A stretch of 64,000 nucleotides of DNA, taken from the IMG/VR virus record IMGVR_UViG_3300036857_000619, positions 32,001 through 96,000 of that record. One strand, 5' to 3'. The first letter of the stretch is position 1; each line of letters begins with the position of its first letter. This DNA is from a virus. The notes under the pieces were generated by a model. That model was not told the DNA's origin. It saw nothing but the letters and a program-made list of their open reading frames with translations, and did no database searches. Below, one piece after another: positions 27,380-38,117 of the stretch. The translations under genes were made by a program, and so were the position numbers.

Positions 27380-27903
27380 GTCGGCTGCCCTCGCATCCGG
27401 AGCAGTTGCTCCTGGTCGCCGACCGCGATCGGCTGCACGGTGAGCTGCGGCTGCTCCTTCATGTACAGCACCAGCGTCAACTGCTCGACCACGGCGGCGT
27501 CGCGAGGCTGGATCAGAATGGCGTCGCGGCGGTTGAGCTGGAGCGGTCCATTCCAGCTGGAGAGATCCGTGGAGTTGATGTTCGTCGTGCCTGGCAGATA
27601 CGGCGCCGGGCCATCGCCGATCATGTCGCGCCACACCCGCGGCGTCTGCCAGTCCGACCAGGACAGCGCGAAGCGAACCTCGCCGGGCACCGTCGAGTCG
27701 ATCGACCATTCCACCAGCACGCACGGTTTGGTCACCACCAGAATCGCCTGTTCGTCGCCGGTGAAGAAGTAGCCTGGCGCGCCGAATTGCTGCTCCAGAC
27801 CGTGCGCGTCGGCGGGCATGGGCGGGCTGTTCGGCCGCGTGCGGGCAAGAAAGCTCTCTGCGGCACGCTGCAGATCGCGATCAGGCAGGATTTGCTGGGG
27901 CAC
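27376..27903 (-). CDS. Putative tail tip/baseplate accessory protein
   Basis: GGAGG just before GTG 27903 (alternative ATG 27819); follows the hub gene. Confidence 0.55.
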   Translation of the reverse strand: MPQQILPDRDLQRAAESFLARTRPNSPPMPADAHGLEQQFGAPGYFFTGDEQAILVVTKPCVLVEWSIDSTVPGEVRFALSWSDWQTPRVWRDMIGDGPAPYLPGTTNINSTDLSSWNGPLQLNRRDAILIQPRDAAVVEQLTLVLYMKEQPQLTVQPIAVGDQEQLLRMRGQPT

Positions 27904-29593
27904 CGGACCTCCGCATTTGGGTGGGAATGATGGGATTGCCGTTCTGATCGAGCTCCAGACCACCGCCCAGGTACGTCGGCGTCTGGGTCAGCACCGGCGC
28001 GCCGGCGCGGACTTCGAGCTCGAAGTCGTTACCCTGGCACCACAAGGGCTCGCCGGTGCCCAGCCGGTCGGGGAGGCCCGCCGGCCCCTGGACGAGATGG
28101 ATCTGGCCGGGCGCGATCAGCGTGTCCTGCGCGGTGGTGAGCGAGCCGGTGACCGTCTCGCGCGCGATCTCGAGCAGCCGCGCCTTTGCGACCGTCTCGC
28201 AATCCATGCCGAAGCGCTGGGTGGGATCAATGTCCTGGGGCGGCCCGTTCAGCGTGAAGCCGGCATTGATGGCCTTGGCGTCCGAGCCGTCCTGGCCCCG
28301 GTCGACCGTCCAGCTGCTGCCAGCGACGTCAGTCACCAGCATCGACTCGGCCGTCTCCGCGCAAAAAAGCGTGAAGGGCGGGTCCGGGAAGCGGTCCATG
28401 CTGTCGGGGGTGATCGACGTGGCGTCCGCGGTGGCGGCGGCCGCCGCCTTGGCCGAGACCGAGCGCTGGGTGTAGCTGAGTTGCCCGCTCACGCTCATCC
28501 AGTCGATCCAGTCGCTCGAGGGCGGCGACGGATCGTAGTGGTAGGTCGTGGGCCCTGGTGGCCCGATCGGCATGAAGATCGGGATGTTCGTCGCGGCCTC
28601 CCAGTGCATCTGGAAGGGCCCCAGCTCGGTGCCCATCACCAGCGTGCGATTGCCGAGCGGATAGTCGCGCTGGAAACTCGCCGACAGGATGTTCGGCGTG
28701 CCGGGCGCGGGCGGAAACTGGTTGCCATCGGCGTCGCGGATCTCCGTCGAGCCGCCCTCGGTGAAGATGATGTCGGTGCCGTCGAGGTCCTGCGAGTACG
28801 GGCCGCTCGGGTGACCGCCGACGAGTTTGACCACGACGTCGCCCGACGGCATCTCGAACAGGCGGAAGAAGCCGATGCGATTCGGCGGCCCGAGATCGTA
28901 CAGCGCTTCGATCTGGGAGTATTTCTGGAGATAACTGAGCGCGGACTCACCCGCGCGGCGGTAGGCGTTTTCGACGTTGACGTCCCCACCCGCAGACAGG
29001 CCGCCGGTGCCGGAGTGCCAGATGAAGCGCAACCCGACCGGATCGGCGATGCCGAAGCCATAAACGCGGCCCGTGGACTGGAGGTTGGCCAGCGTGTGCG
29101 GCACGTTCGCCCGCAGCAGCACCGCGTGGGCGATCTCCGTGTACGTCGCGCAACCGGCGAAGTGGCCAGAGCTGGGCACCAGGTCCTGGACGCGCAGACC
29201 CCCGATCCCGATCGAGTAGGTGGTGTTGCCGAAGGTCAGATTGGGGATCGTCCGTCCGGGGATGCTGGTGCTCTCCTGCCAGTTGATGTATTCGTCGGCT
29301 CGCGACAGCTCGCCGACGCAGTCCATGACGACGTTGCGCGGCAAGAGGTCGTAGTGCGCCTTGCGGCGGCGGCCCTTGAAGCGCGTGATGAGCCCATTAC
29401 CCCCGTCAGCTACGGCGACACCGCACTTGATCTCGACCGGAGAGTCGTACGTGCCGTAGGCGTAGGGCGCGACGATGGTGGCGCGCGCGACGGCGTCCGT
29501 CAGTGAGTGGCTGGCGCGAAACGCCAGGAAGTCGTGCACAGTCTGATTGCCGACGGTCAACTGCGCCTGGATCTGGCGGCGCACGATCGGCAT
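27881..29593 (-). CDS. Baseplate hub / tail tip protein (Tal-like, by position)
   Basis: Second gene after the tape measure; TGATG overlap; N-terminal beta pattern (...RFKG...VVMDCVGELSR). Confidence 0.65.
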   Translation of the reverse strand: MPIVRRQIQAQLTVGNQTVHDFLAFRASHSLTDAVARATIVAPYAYGTYDSPVEIKCGVAVADGGNGLITRFKGRRRKAHYDLLPRNVVMDCVGELSRADEYINWQESTSIPGRTIPNLTFGNTTYSIGIGGLRVQDLVPSSGHFAGCATYTEIAHAVLLRANVPHTLANLQSTGRVYGFGIADPVGLRFIWHSGTGGLSAGGDVNVENAYRRAGESALSYLQKYSQIEALYDLGPPNRIGFFRLFEMPSGDVVVKLVGGHPSGPYSQDLDGTDIIFTEGGSTEIRDADGNQFPPAPGTPNILSASFQRDYPLGNRTLVMGTELGPFQMHWEAATNIPIFMPIGPPGPTTYHYDPSPPSSDWIDWMSVSGQLSYTQRSVSAKAAAAATADATSITPDSMDRFPDPPFTLFCAETAESMLVTDVAGSSWTVDRGQDGSDAKAINAGFTLNGPPQDIDPTQRFGMDCETVAKARLLEIARETVTGSLTTAQDTLIAPGQIHLVQGPAGLPDRLGTGEPLWCQGNDFELEVRAGAPVLTQTPTYLGGGLELDQNGNPIIPTQMRRSGAPANPA

Positions 29594-30102
29594 CAGGGAC
29601 CTATTCCATTCGGCGACGGAGCGCCCGTCTCCTCGTGCGTCTGGGCGGTCTTCGCGGTCCCACCGATCGCCCCGTCTGGGGCACTGGCGGGATCGACCAG
29701 CAGGAGGAAGTCGGCTTCCGCCTTGTGGACCGCCATCGGCAGCGCCTCGTTGCGGCTCAGGCTGACCAGGATGGCCGTGTAGGTGACTGGCTCCGTGATG
29801 ACAGGCCGGTTGGCGATGCCAGAGCGGACCTGCAGGCTCATGTTGAGCGGACCACTGGGGTCCGGCCCCCAGTGATCGACATACACGACACCGCCCACGC
29901 TCGGATCGCCAGCCACGCGCACGGAGCATGGGCGCACGTAGCTGAACAGCGCGTCGAGCTCGACGATGTCGTACACGAGGATGGATCCCGACAGGTGCAG
30001 GGCGCCGTCCTGGATGGTGCGTTTCGGGTTGCCGTATTCCCAGTCGAAGCCCGTGCCGCGGAAACTTGAGACCGGGGAGTAGTAGGGCGAGGGCATCGTC
30101 AT
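29593..30102 (-). CDS. Distal tail (Dit-like) protein, by position
   Basis: Immediately after the tape measure, ATGA overlap, 169 aa. Confidence 0.55.
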   Translation of the reverse strand: MTMPSPYYSPVSSFRGTGFDWEYGNPKRTIQDGALHLSGSILVYDIVELDALFSYVRPCSVRVAGDPSVGGVVYVDHWGPDPSGPLNMSLQVRSGIANRPVITEPVTYTAILVSLSRNEALPMAVHKAEADFLLLVDPASAPDGAIGGTAKTAQTHEETGAPSPNGIGP

Positions 30103-33100
30103 CGCTGAGCGACTCCCGACATCGTGCCGTTGACGTTGCCCTGAGCGGTGCGGAACACGTAGACGAGCTGATTGCGCACCTGTTCGTAGGTCTGATCGCC
30201 GGCTTGATCGGCGGCGGCGCGGGCGATGCGTTCGATGTCCTCCTGGGAATTGATCGTCGCGCCGCTCAGATCGACGCTGATCGACGGCGCGGTCGACGGC
30301 ATCATCGCCGCGTGGTACACCTCGGCCTGCTCGGGTTCGGCCGCGGGTGTGATCGGCGCCTGGACGTAGCTCTGAATCGGGCGAACGTCGGGCCCCTGCG
30401 GAAACAGCCGCCGCAGCACCTGGTCGCTCGCGCCGCTGAAGATCTGCCGGATCTCGGGCGTGAGCGTGTCGCCGAAGCCCTGCATCGCTGCCTGGAGCTG
30501 CTGTTTGGTCGCGACCGGCGCCTGGGCGGGTGGTGGCGCCGGCTGCGGCTGCGGTTGGGCCTCGAGACTGCGGAGCGCGGCGACGATCTGGGCGAACTCG
30601 CTCAGCTCTTCGGGCGTCGGCTGGGTCTGGTAGGGATCTCGGCCTGGGACGAGGATGCCCTGGCGCACGCCCTCCTGTTGGGCCCGCGCGAAGGCCGTCG
30701 GCAGATCGAGCAAACCCGATTCGATGGCCCCGAGATCGTTGTGCACGAACTCCGGCGCAAGCCCGAGGTGGCGCAGCGCCGCATTGGTCACTTCCTGCGC
30801 GGAGGGCGGTGCTGCCGCGGGTGGGGGCTGGGACGGTTGTCCGCCGCCGCCTGCGCCGCCACCCGGCCGCTGGTCCGGATACTCGCCGCGCTCGCCGCGC
30901 CGCTGGTCCTCGAGCGCGCGCTGGTTGGCTTGCTTGGTCTGCTCGTCGGTGATCTGCTTCTGAATATCCAGGCGCGCCTGGTCCGCCACGAGCTGCAGCG
31001 CCGTCGTCTTCAGCAGGTCGTTGGCGACATTCAGCAGGTCGGTCTCGGCTGCCAACCCGGCGTTTTCGAGGATCGCGGCGCGTTCGGCGGCCGTTGCCTG
31101 ACGCTCGAGCGCGTCAGCCCCCAGCACCTGCCGCTCGGCGATCTCGCGTTCCGGTTCGCGCTGCAGATCGCGCAGATCGAGGGCCGTCTGGATGTGTAGT
31201 TGCTGGTTCTGCAGACTCGCCGCGATCTGCTGTTGCTGGAGCTGGACGTCCTCGAGCGCGCGCTGCTCGTTGCTCAGTTGATTCAGGATCAGGTCGCGCG
31301 CGATCTGCTCGTCCTCAAGCTGGCGTTGGGGGCCGACCAGCGAGCGTTGCGCTTCCAGGGACTGGGGCAGTTGGGCCTGCGCTTCGAGCGTGGCCTGGAT
31401 CTGTTCCTGCACCAGACCAGGGATCGCCCCAAAGTCCGCGCCGCGGCCGAGCAGCACATTGGCGCCGATCGCACGCAACCGCGCGCCGGCGATCGTGGCG
31501 CGATACTGCAGGTCCTCCTGCTCGCGCGTGGCAGCCAACGAGCCCTGACGGGCCAGGAGCAGCTGTCGCTCAGTCTCCAGGTTGGTGCGCTGGGCGATGG
31601 TGACCCTTGCCTGGAGCTGAGTCTGTTGCAACTGGTTGTCGGAGATGGCCAGCTCGAGTTGGAGTTGCTGCGCCTTGAGATTGGTGAGCTCCTGCTGGCG
31701 GCTGATGCCATTGGCCTGGACGTCGAGCAAGTCGTGCTGGTGCTGGGCGGAGAGCTCGTCGAGTTGCGCCTGGGCCTGGGCACGGCCCATGGCGATGTAG
31801 GCGCGCGCCTGCTCGATCTGTTTGAGCTGCGCCTGGGCGCCGGCCTGGCGCTGAAGATCGGCCAGCTCCTCCGCGGCTGGCCGCGTGCCGGGCTGACCCT
31901 GGATCGTCGCGACCGCGCCGGGTCCCTGTGCCGCGGCGCGGACCAGCGGCGGCAGCACTTCCAGGTTCTGGGCCTGCAGCGCCGTCGCCGCGTTGCGCTG
32001 GGCGAGGACCTGGGAAATCGCCTGGCCCTGGGCGAAGCTGGTGATGCCACCCGGCGGGATGACCAGCGGCGCGAAGGGTCCCAGCGCCGCCTGGCCGAGC
32101 TGCTGCGCCCGCTGGGCGATGGGCTGCAGATTGGTGATCAGGTCCAGCCGCGACTGCACGTCCTGGCTGGCCGTCGACAGCGCCGTGAGGCTGTTGGCCG
32201 CACCAGCGAGCGCTGGCGTCAGCTGCGTCTTGTGCGCGCGCGTGGCCTCATCAGCCGCTTGCTTCTCTTGCTGGAGCGCGATCGCGGCGTCGCGCACCGC
32301 CGGCGCCATGTCCTCGGGCTTGACGCCCTGCTCGATCTGCGCCTGCGCCAGGGCGCGCGCTGCGATCGGGTTGGACTCCTCCGCGCCGAGCTGGAGCAGA
32401 TAACCCTGCGGGCCGCGGCGATAGATCCGCACGTCTTCGGGTCGGGTGCCAGTGACAGTGGCCTGCAACTCGGGGTTGGCCGCCTCGATCAGCGATCGCG
32501 TGCGGAAGTTGCGGAGGATGTCCTCGGAGCGGAGGCCGACGAGGCCGGTGAGGCCCGCCAGCATCTTGGCCAGCTCGCCACCGGCATAGCCGACGACGGT
32601 CGAGAACGCCTCCCACGCCTGCTGGTTGCTCTTGGCCAACTGGTCCTGGGAATCGGCGAGCTTCTGGGCGTCACCAACCTGGCGCTCGTAGGTGTCGTTG
32701 AGCTGTTCCTGGATGGCCTGCAGACGGATGAGCTGCTGCGTCGCCTCAGGCAGTTGGTCGAACCAGGCGCCAAACTGCTGCAGCGTCTGGCCAGGCAGCG
32801 GCTGGCGGCCGGTCAGCCGCTGGGTGAGCGCGGCAGAGCTGACGTCGATCGCACCGCCTGTCATGCGCGTCAGCTGGTCGGTGCTGCCGGAGATTGCCTG
32901 CTGGATCGCCTGGCCCGCGTCTTCGACGCTGGTACCGAACTCTCTGCCCAGCAGCCCAGCCTGCAGATTGAGCTGCGTCGCCAGATCGCCCTGCGGCGCC
33001 ACGCCGGCACGCCGCGCGAGTGCCTGACCGGCGGTCGTCGCGCCGAGCTGGGCGCCGATATCAGCTGGCAGGCCACGCTGAATCTGGGAGACGAACGCCT

Positions 33101-36100
33101 GCTGACCGATCTGCGCACGGACCAGCTCGGTGCGCGTGCCCGCGATCTGCGCGCTGCGCGCCAGTTGCTGGTTGACGCCTTCGATCTGGTCGGACCGCTC
33201 GCCGTAGACCGCGTTGGTGGCGCGCGCGGCGCGCTGCCAGTCGCCCTCGGTCTGAATTGCGGCGGCGAACAGGTCGTGGAGTTGGCGGCCCAGGGAGCCC
33301 AGGATCGAGATGCCGACGCCCAGGCCGATCAGGTCCGTGCCGAAGCGGACGACGTCGCCGGAGGTGCCGCGGAACAGACGGTTGATGGCCTGGACGCCAC
33401 GGCCGACGATGCCGAGCCCGTGGCCAGCCCGCTCGGAACTGGTCTCCAGACCGCGCAGGCTGCGGCTGTAGTCCTGGGTCGACTGGATCTGCTCGCCGAA
33501 GACGCGCGCCGGTCCGTAGGTCTCGGGCGTGATGCGGATGCGTTGACCGCCGATCGGGACGATCCGACCTTCCATGCCCGCCGGGACGGCGGTGCCGACC
33601 GCGGCTCGAGCACGCGCCTGGAGCGCGGGTGTCTCCAGCAGGCTAATGACCTGTTCCGAAGTCTCGAGGACCTGGCGGGTCGCGCGCGTGGTGCGCCGCG
33701 TGCCGCGTGTCGCTTCCTGGAGCTCGGCCGAGTAGTCGACGAGCGCGCGGTAGAGCGGGTAGGTCGCCTCGTTGATCTGGACGAAGCGCCGCTCGAGACC
33801 GCGGCCGACGGGCTGGATGGTGCCGGCGAGGATGGGTGGCAGCTCGTCGGTCCGCGCGCGTGCCTCCGCGCGCCGCGAGACCGGCAGCAGCTCCGCGACT
33901 TCCTCGGGTGTGGTGCGAACCCGCGCCCGTTCTTCACGCGCGCGCCGATCCGTCTCGGCCCGAATCCGGCGAGCTTCCCTCTCTCGCTCCTCCTCCGAGC
34001 GTCGCGCCAGCGCCGCCAACTCCTCGGCGGAGGGCGGCTCAACCTCCGAGGCGTAGGCGCGGATGAACGGCGGGAAGCTCGCGAGCCGCGTACCGCTCAG
34101 CAGCTCGCCCGCGCGACCGCCGCGTCGCCGTGCCTGCCGACGGGCCTCCCGCGCGGCGACGCTGAGCTCGCCCAGCTCCTCCGGGCTCATGGTGCCCGAC
34201 TCGTATTCGGCCAGCAGCGGCGTCGTCAGGAAGCGCTCGGGCACGCCCGCCGCGCGGGCGACGGCCCGCATGCCACGCGTGTCCCTGGACAGCCGCGCCG
34301 TGGTTTCGCCGCTGCGCCTGGCGGCGGCGGTGCCGCGGTCGGTCGCCCCCGCCGCCTCGGCCTCGGCGCGCATCAGGCGCTCGAGCAGCGGCAGCTTGGC
34401 ACGGATGGCCTCAGCTTCGGTGTCGATCGCTTCGGCGCTGTCGCGTGCGGACGCGGCCGCGTCGTCGGTCGCGTCGGCGGTCTCTCGCTCGCGGTCCGTC
34501 AGTCCCTCGAGGTAGTCGGCGACTTCCTCAGGAGTCGACGGCCCTGGGGCGGCGGCCGCGGCTGGCGTGTAGGCAGGCCGCATCGCCGCGGCCGCCAGCG
34601 GACTGACGTACGGACCGGTCGGGGCCGCTGCGGCGGCTGGGATCGCGGCCGGTGGCGGGCCGATAGTCGGCTCGGGGTAGATGTCCTCTTCTTCAGGCGC
34701 TGCCGCTGCACCCGCAAGACGCGCGGAGACGGCCGCCATCGCCGCACGGCGGGTGGGGCTGCGCACTGCGCCCATCGCGGCGATCGTGCGTGACGCCTCG
34801 GGCTCGCGCAGGCGCTCCTCGGGTGCTTGCGGCGGTAGCTCGTCGGCCAGGTAGCTGAGCCTGCCGGACACCTGCAGCATGACCTGGTTGACCGTCTGCA
34901 GCTCGGACTTGGCGGCGTCCAGCTCCTTGCCAGTCCTGGTGGCGACCTCGTGCTCGAGCGCACGGCGATCCGCGCGCAGCTGGAGCATCTGCGCCTTGGC
35001 GCGGTTCCATTCCGCCTCGAGCTCGGCGATGCGCAGCTCGGACAGCTGGGCGACCTGATAGCGGTACTTCTGCGGGTCGTCGCCCTCCGGCATCGTCTGG
35101 AACAGCCTGCGGAACTCGGTGCCGGAGGCCTTCTTGCCAACGTAGACGCTGACCTGTTTACCCGCCTGGCTGATGAGCTCGGCGAAGAGCTGGCGGCCGG
35201 AATCGGCGGTGACGCCCTGGAAGCGGCCCGTCAGCCCCTTGTACTGGCCGCTCAGGATCTGCAGGATCTGACCGCGCTCGACATCCCAGTTCTTCGGCTG
35301 GGCCGAGACGCCGATCGGGCGGTCGCGGAAGATGACGTCGCCCATCTGGCGCGCCGCCTGCTGGCGTGCGCCGGCCGGCGTGAGGCCCTGGCGCACCAGC
35401 TCCTGGCGCATGGCGGCGACGCGCGTGGACCGCTCTGCCTGGTAGCGCGCGTAGGCGCCTGCGGTCAGCTGCGGGCCTGGCTCGACGGCCGCCGTGCGGC
35501 CGCCGCTCTGCGCCTGACGCCGGCCGCGCACGCCTGGCGCCATCTCCGCGGCGCGCGCGCGCAGCTCCTCGACACGCCGCGTGTCGCCCGCGTTCCGCGC
35601 CTCGACGATCCGCCTGGCGAGGTCCCCGCGTGCTTGCAGCCAGTCGTCCTGGCCGGAGAGCACCTGCTCGAGCAGCGCGCGCGTCTCGGCCAGGCTGTTC
35701 AGCGCCTGTTGGGCGACCGCGTCCTTCCGCTCGCCGATCTGCCGTTCGAGCTGGGTGATCGCCTCCAGCTGGCGACGCGCCGCGGCCGTCACCTCCCCGA
35801 TCGTCAGCTCGCCTGTGCGTGCCTCCTTCGCCGCCGGCGGTTCGTAGTCCAGCCGCTTCAGCCACGCGAGTCGCTCCGGGGTGTCGGCCGGCGGCGGCTC
35901 CGCGCGGCGCGCCTCCTGGGCCATCGTGCCCGGCGTGGTCAGGCGAGTGGCGCGCTGCTGGAGCTCGGCCGCCGTCTGCAGCAGTCCCTGGCGGATGCTG
36001 AGCACGACGTCGTCGATGCGCTTCATGCCGGCCTGGACGGCCAGGTACTCCGGCGAGCGCGCCGGGCGCGCGCGGGTGGCCTGCTGGACCGCCTCGGACA

Positions 36101-37925
36101 TCGGCGTGCGCACCGCCTGGGCGAGCGCCGCGACCGCGCCCTCGACGCCATCCTCGACCATGCGCTGCAGCGTCGCGACGTCCTCGCGGCCACGCCGCGT
36201 CAGCGCCACTTCCTGGCGGGACGGCTGGGGCGCGCCGGTCGGCCTGGCGCCCTCGGTGAGGCCGAGCTGCTCGCGCGTGAGGCCGCTCTCGTTGACGATC
36301 GCCTCGGCCCTAGCCGTCAGCTCCGTAATGCGCGTCTCGAGGGCGCGGATACGGGTCTCGTACTCGGCGATCTTGCGCGACGGGCCGACGTGGCTGTAGA
36401 CGCCCTGCCGCTCACCTTCCGCGAGCGCCCGCATGACGTCCTGGTGCGACTCGACGTACGGCGTGTCGCGCTCGATGCCGCGGCGCGCCTCGATCAGCCG
36501 CTTCAGCTCGGCGATCTCGGCCTCTTGCTCACGGATGCGGGCCATGACCGCGCCGAAGGCCTCGGCGGGTGTCTGGGTGGGCGCCGGCGCGGCCGCGGCC
36601 TCGGGCACCTGCTCCGCGCCTGGCTCTTGCGGCGGCTCGGCGGCCGTGGTTGGGCGTCGTCGACGACGTCCGCCGCCACCACCAGCGCCCGCGCCCGCGC
36701 CAGTCTCCGCGGTAGTCGCCGCTGCGGTGGTCGCCTGCTGGACGGTCTGCGCCTGCTGGTCGATCTGCTGCGCCTGAGCGGCCGCCTGCTGGACGGTCTC
36801 CGCCTGCTGCTCGATCTGCTGCGCCGAGCTGGCCGCGGCGGCCTTGAGCGCACGGTCAGCCGCGCGCCACTGCTCGAACGCCGGCTGGAGCGTCGTGACC
36901 ACCGCATCGACGGCGGCCGCCGTCTCTTTCGGCAGCTGCTCGAACTGCTTGACCATCGGCAGCGCCTGCTGCAGCAGCGCGCGGCTGGCGGCCACGGCCC
37001 CTTCCTGCGAGCGCGTCAGCTGCTCGCCGCCCTGCAAGCGGGTCGTGCCCGTGCGCATGCGTTCGGCCAGCGCCTGCAGGTTGTCCTGGCTCGTCTTGAA
37101 GTGCTGCTGCAGCGCGTCGACCGGCGCGGCGGCGGCCGCCTGGACCTGCGCCTGCTCGCGCTCGAGCCCGACGTACGACTTCGCCGACACGAAGCGCGGG
37201 ATCAGCGGCGCGCGGTAGACGCCGGCCGCGAGCGCCTCGCGCGCCAGCCGCTCCTTTTCCTCGAGGGTGGACAGCTGCTCCCTGGCCGTCGGCAGGTTGC
37301 GCTCGGCGATCTTGGACCGCGTCCCCGCGGCGATCGCCCGCTCGGAGGCGGCGATGTTGCCGGCGCGCGTGGCCACGTCGTGCGCCAGGGCGGTGACGAC
37401 CTGCTCCATGAACTGGCGCGTGCCCTGGGGCGCGTCGATGCGGCCGGCGGTGCCGCGCGTTGGGCCGGTGGCCGCCCGCCGCCGCTCTTCCTGGCGCTGC
37501 TGGACCGTCTGCTGCTGCTGCTGCTGCGTTTGCTGGCGGGCACGCTCCGCGTCGCGGATGGCCTTTTGCTCGGCGCGGTACTCCTCCTCGAGCTCCTGGA
37601 GCACGCGGCGCTGGGCATCGCCGACCTCAGCGCCCTTCTGCACGGCGGCGTTCTGGGCGTTCTGCGCCTCGGTGAGCTTCTGGGTGGCCTCGGTCGCGGC
37701 GTTGATTTTGTCGGTCGGCAGGTTCAGCCGGCTGGCGGCCTGACTGGCGTTGCTGAAGGCGTCCTGGACGCCAGCCGCGAAGTCCTGGAGCGCCTCGTTG
37801 GCCGCCTCGAGCCCTTCGGCGAGCGGCTGGAGATTGGCGTCGACGTTGACCTGGAGCTCGCCGGCGACGGCCTCGGAGCCCGTCTCGCCGGTGAAGTCCT
37901 CGTTCGGCGTGAACTGACCCGCCAT
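30099..37925 (-). CDS. Tail tape measure protein (2608 aa)
   Basis: Follows the chaperone genes; GELQVNVDANL N-terminus; Ala/Gln/Arg-rich helical composition. Confidence 0.85.
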   Translation of the reverse strand: MAGQFTPNEDFTGETGSEAVAGELQVNVDANLQPLAEGLEAANEALQDFAAGVQDAFSNASQAASRLNLPTDKINAATEATQKLTEAQNAQNAAVQKGAEVGDAQRRVLQELEEEYRAEQKAIRDAERARQQTQQQQQQTVQQRQEERRRAATGPTRGTAGRIDAPQGTRQFMEQVVTALAHDVATRAGNIAASERAIAAGTRSKIAERNLPTAREQLSTLEEKERLAREALAAGVYRAPLIPRFVSAKSYVGLEREQAQVQAAAAAPVDALQQHFKTSQDNLQALAERMRTGTTRLQGGEQLTRSQEGAVAASRALLQQALPMVKQFEQLPKETAAAVDAVVTTLQPAFEQWRAADRALKAAAASSAQQIEQQAETVQQAAAQAQQIDQQAQTVQQATTAAATTAETGAGAGAGGGGGRRRRRPTTAAEPPQEPGAEQVPEAAAAPAPTQTPAEAFGAVMARIREQEAEIAELKRLIEARRGIERDTPYVESHQDVMRALAEGERQGVYSHVGPSRKIAEYETRIRALETRITELTARAEAIVNESGLTREQLGLTEGARPTGAPQPSRQEVALTRRGREDVATLQRMVEDGVEGAVAALAQAVRTPMSEAVQQATRARPARSPEYLAVQAGMKRIDDVVLSIRQGLLQTAAELQQRATRLTTPGTMAQEARRAEPPPADTPERLAWLKRLDYEPPAAKEARTGELTIGEVTAAARRQLEAITQLERQIGERKDAVAQQALNSLAETRALLEQVLSGQDDWLQARGDLARRIVEARNAGDTRRVEELRARAAEMAPGVRGRRQAQSGGRTAAVEPGPQLTAGAYARYQAERSTRVAAMRQELVRQGLTPAGARQQAARQMGDVIFRDRPIGVSAQPKNWDVERGQILQILSGQYKGLTGRFQGVTADSGRQLFAELISQAGKQVSVYVGKKASGTEFRRLFQTMPEGDDPQKYRYQVAQLSELRIAELEAEWNRAKAQMLQLRADRRALEHEVATRTGKELDAAKSELQTVNQVMLQVSGRLSYLADELPPQAPEERLREPEASRTIAAMGAVRSPTRRAAMAAVSARLAGAAAAPEEEDIYPEPTIGPPPAAIPAAAAAPTGPYVSPLAAAAMRPAYTPAAAAAPGPSTPEEVADYLEGLTDRERETADATDDAAASARDSAEAIDTEAEAIRAKLPLLERLMRAEAEAAGATDRGTAAARRSGETTARLSRDTRGMRAVARAAGVPERFLTTPLLAEYESGTMSPEELGELSVAAREARRQARRRGGRAGELLSGTRLASFPPFIRAYASEVEPPSAEELAALARRSEEEREREARRIRAETDRRAREERARVRTTPEEVAELLPVSRRAEARARTDELPPILAGTIQPVGRGLERRFVQINEATYPLYRALVDYSAELQEATRGTRRTTRATRQVLETSEQVISLLETPALQARARAAVGTAVPAGMEGRIVPIGGQRIRITPETYGPARVFGEQIQSTQDYSRSLRGLETSSERAGHGLGIVGRGVQAINRLFRGTSGDVVRFGTDLIGLGVGISILGSLGRQLHDLFAAAIQTEGDWQRAARATNAVYGERSDQIEGVNQQLARSAQIAGTRTELVRAQIGQQAFVSQIQRGLPADIGAQLGATTAGQALARRAGVAPQGDLATQLNLQAGLLGREFGTSVEDAGQAIQQAISGSTDQLTRMTGGAIDVSSAALTQRLTGRQPLPGQTLQQFGAWFDQLPEATQQLIRLQAIQEQLNDTYERQVGDAQKLADSQDQLAKSNQQAWEAFSTVVGYAGGELAKMLAGLTGLVGLRSEDILRNFRTRSLIEAANPELQATVTGTRPEDVRIYRRGPQGYLLQLGAEESNPIAARALAQAQIEQGVKPEDMAPAVRDAAIALQQEKQAADEATRAHKTQLTPALAGAANSLTALSTASQDVQSRLDLITNLQPIAQRAQQLGQAALGPFAPLVIPPGGITSFAQGQAISQVLAQRNAATALQAQNLEVLPPLVRAAAQGPGAVATIQGQPGTRPAAEELADLQRQAGAQAQLKQIEQARAYIAMGRAQAQAQLDELSAQHQHDLLDVQANGISRQQELTNLKAQQLQLELAISDNQLQQTQLQARVTIAQRTNLETERQLLLARQGSLAATREQEDLQYRATIAGARLRAIGANVLLGRGADFGAIPGLVQEQIQATLEAQAQLPQSLEAQRSLVGPQRQLEDEQIARDLILNQLSNEQRALEDVQLQQQQIAASLQNQQLHIQTALDLRDLQREPEREIAERQVLGADALERQATAAERAAILENAGLAAETDLLNVANDLLKTTALQLVADQARLDIQKQITDEQTKQANQRALEDQRRGERGEYPDQRPGGGAGGGGQPSQPPPAAAPPSAQEVTNAALRHLGLAPEFVHNDLGAIESGLLDLPTAFARAQQEGVRQGILVPGRDPYQTQPTPEELSEFAQIVAALRSLEAQPQPQPAPPPAQAPVATKQQLQAAMQGFGDTLTPEIRQIFSGASDQVLRRLFPQGPDVRPIQSYVQAPITPAAEPEQAEVYHAAMMPSTAPSISVDLSGATINSQEDIERIARAAADQAGDQTYEQVRNQLVYVFRTAQGNVNGTMSGVAQR

Positions 37926-37928
37926 GCG

Positions 37929-38117
37929 CTACTGCCGCTCGCCGTGGTCTTCGACGAAGCCCGAGGCCGGGCGCCCGCTGCGCGCGCGCAGCCACGCGAA
38001 CAGCGCGCGGATCTCGCTGGCGGTGTCGGGGCGCGGCTGGACCTGCTGCTGAACCAGGGGGCGCCGCGCGGTGCGTGGGCTCGACGGCACCACCCAGACC
38101 GGCCGCCTACCCGGCAT
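37929..38117 (-). CDS. Small ORF carrying a duplicate of the chaperone-T C-terminus
   Basis: GGAGG SD; EIRALFAWLR...SGFVED mirrors EIRALFTWLR...SGFEED in 38291-38608. Confidence 0.5.
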   Translation of the reverse strand: MPGRRPVWVVPSSPRTARRPLVQQQVQPRPDTASEIRALFAWLRARSGRPASGFVEDHGERQ

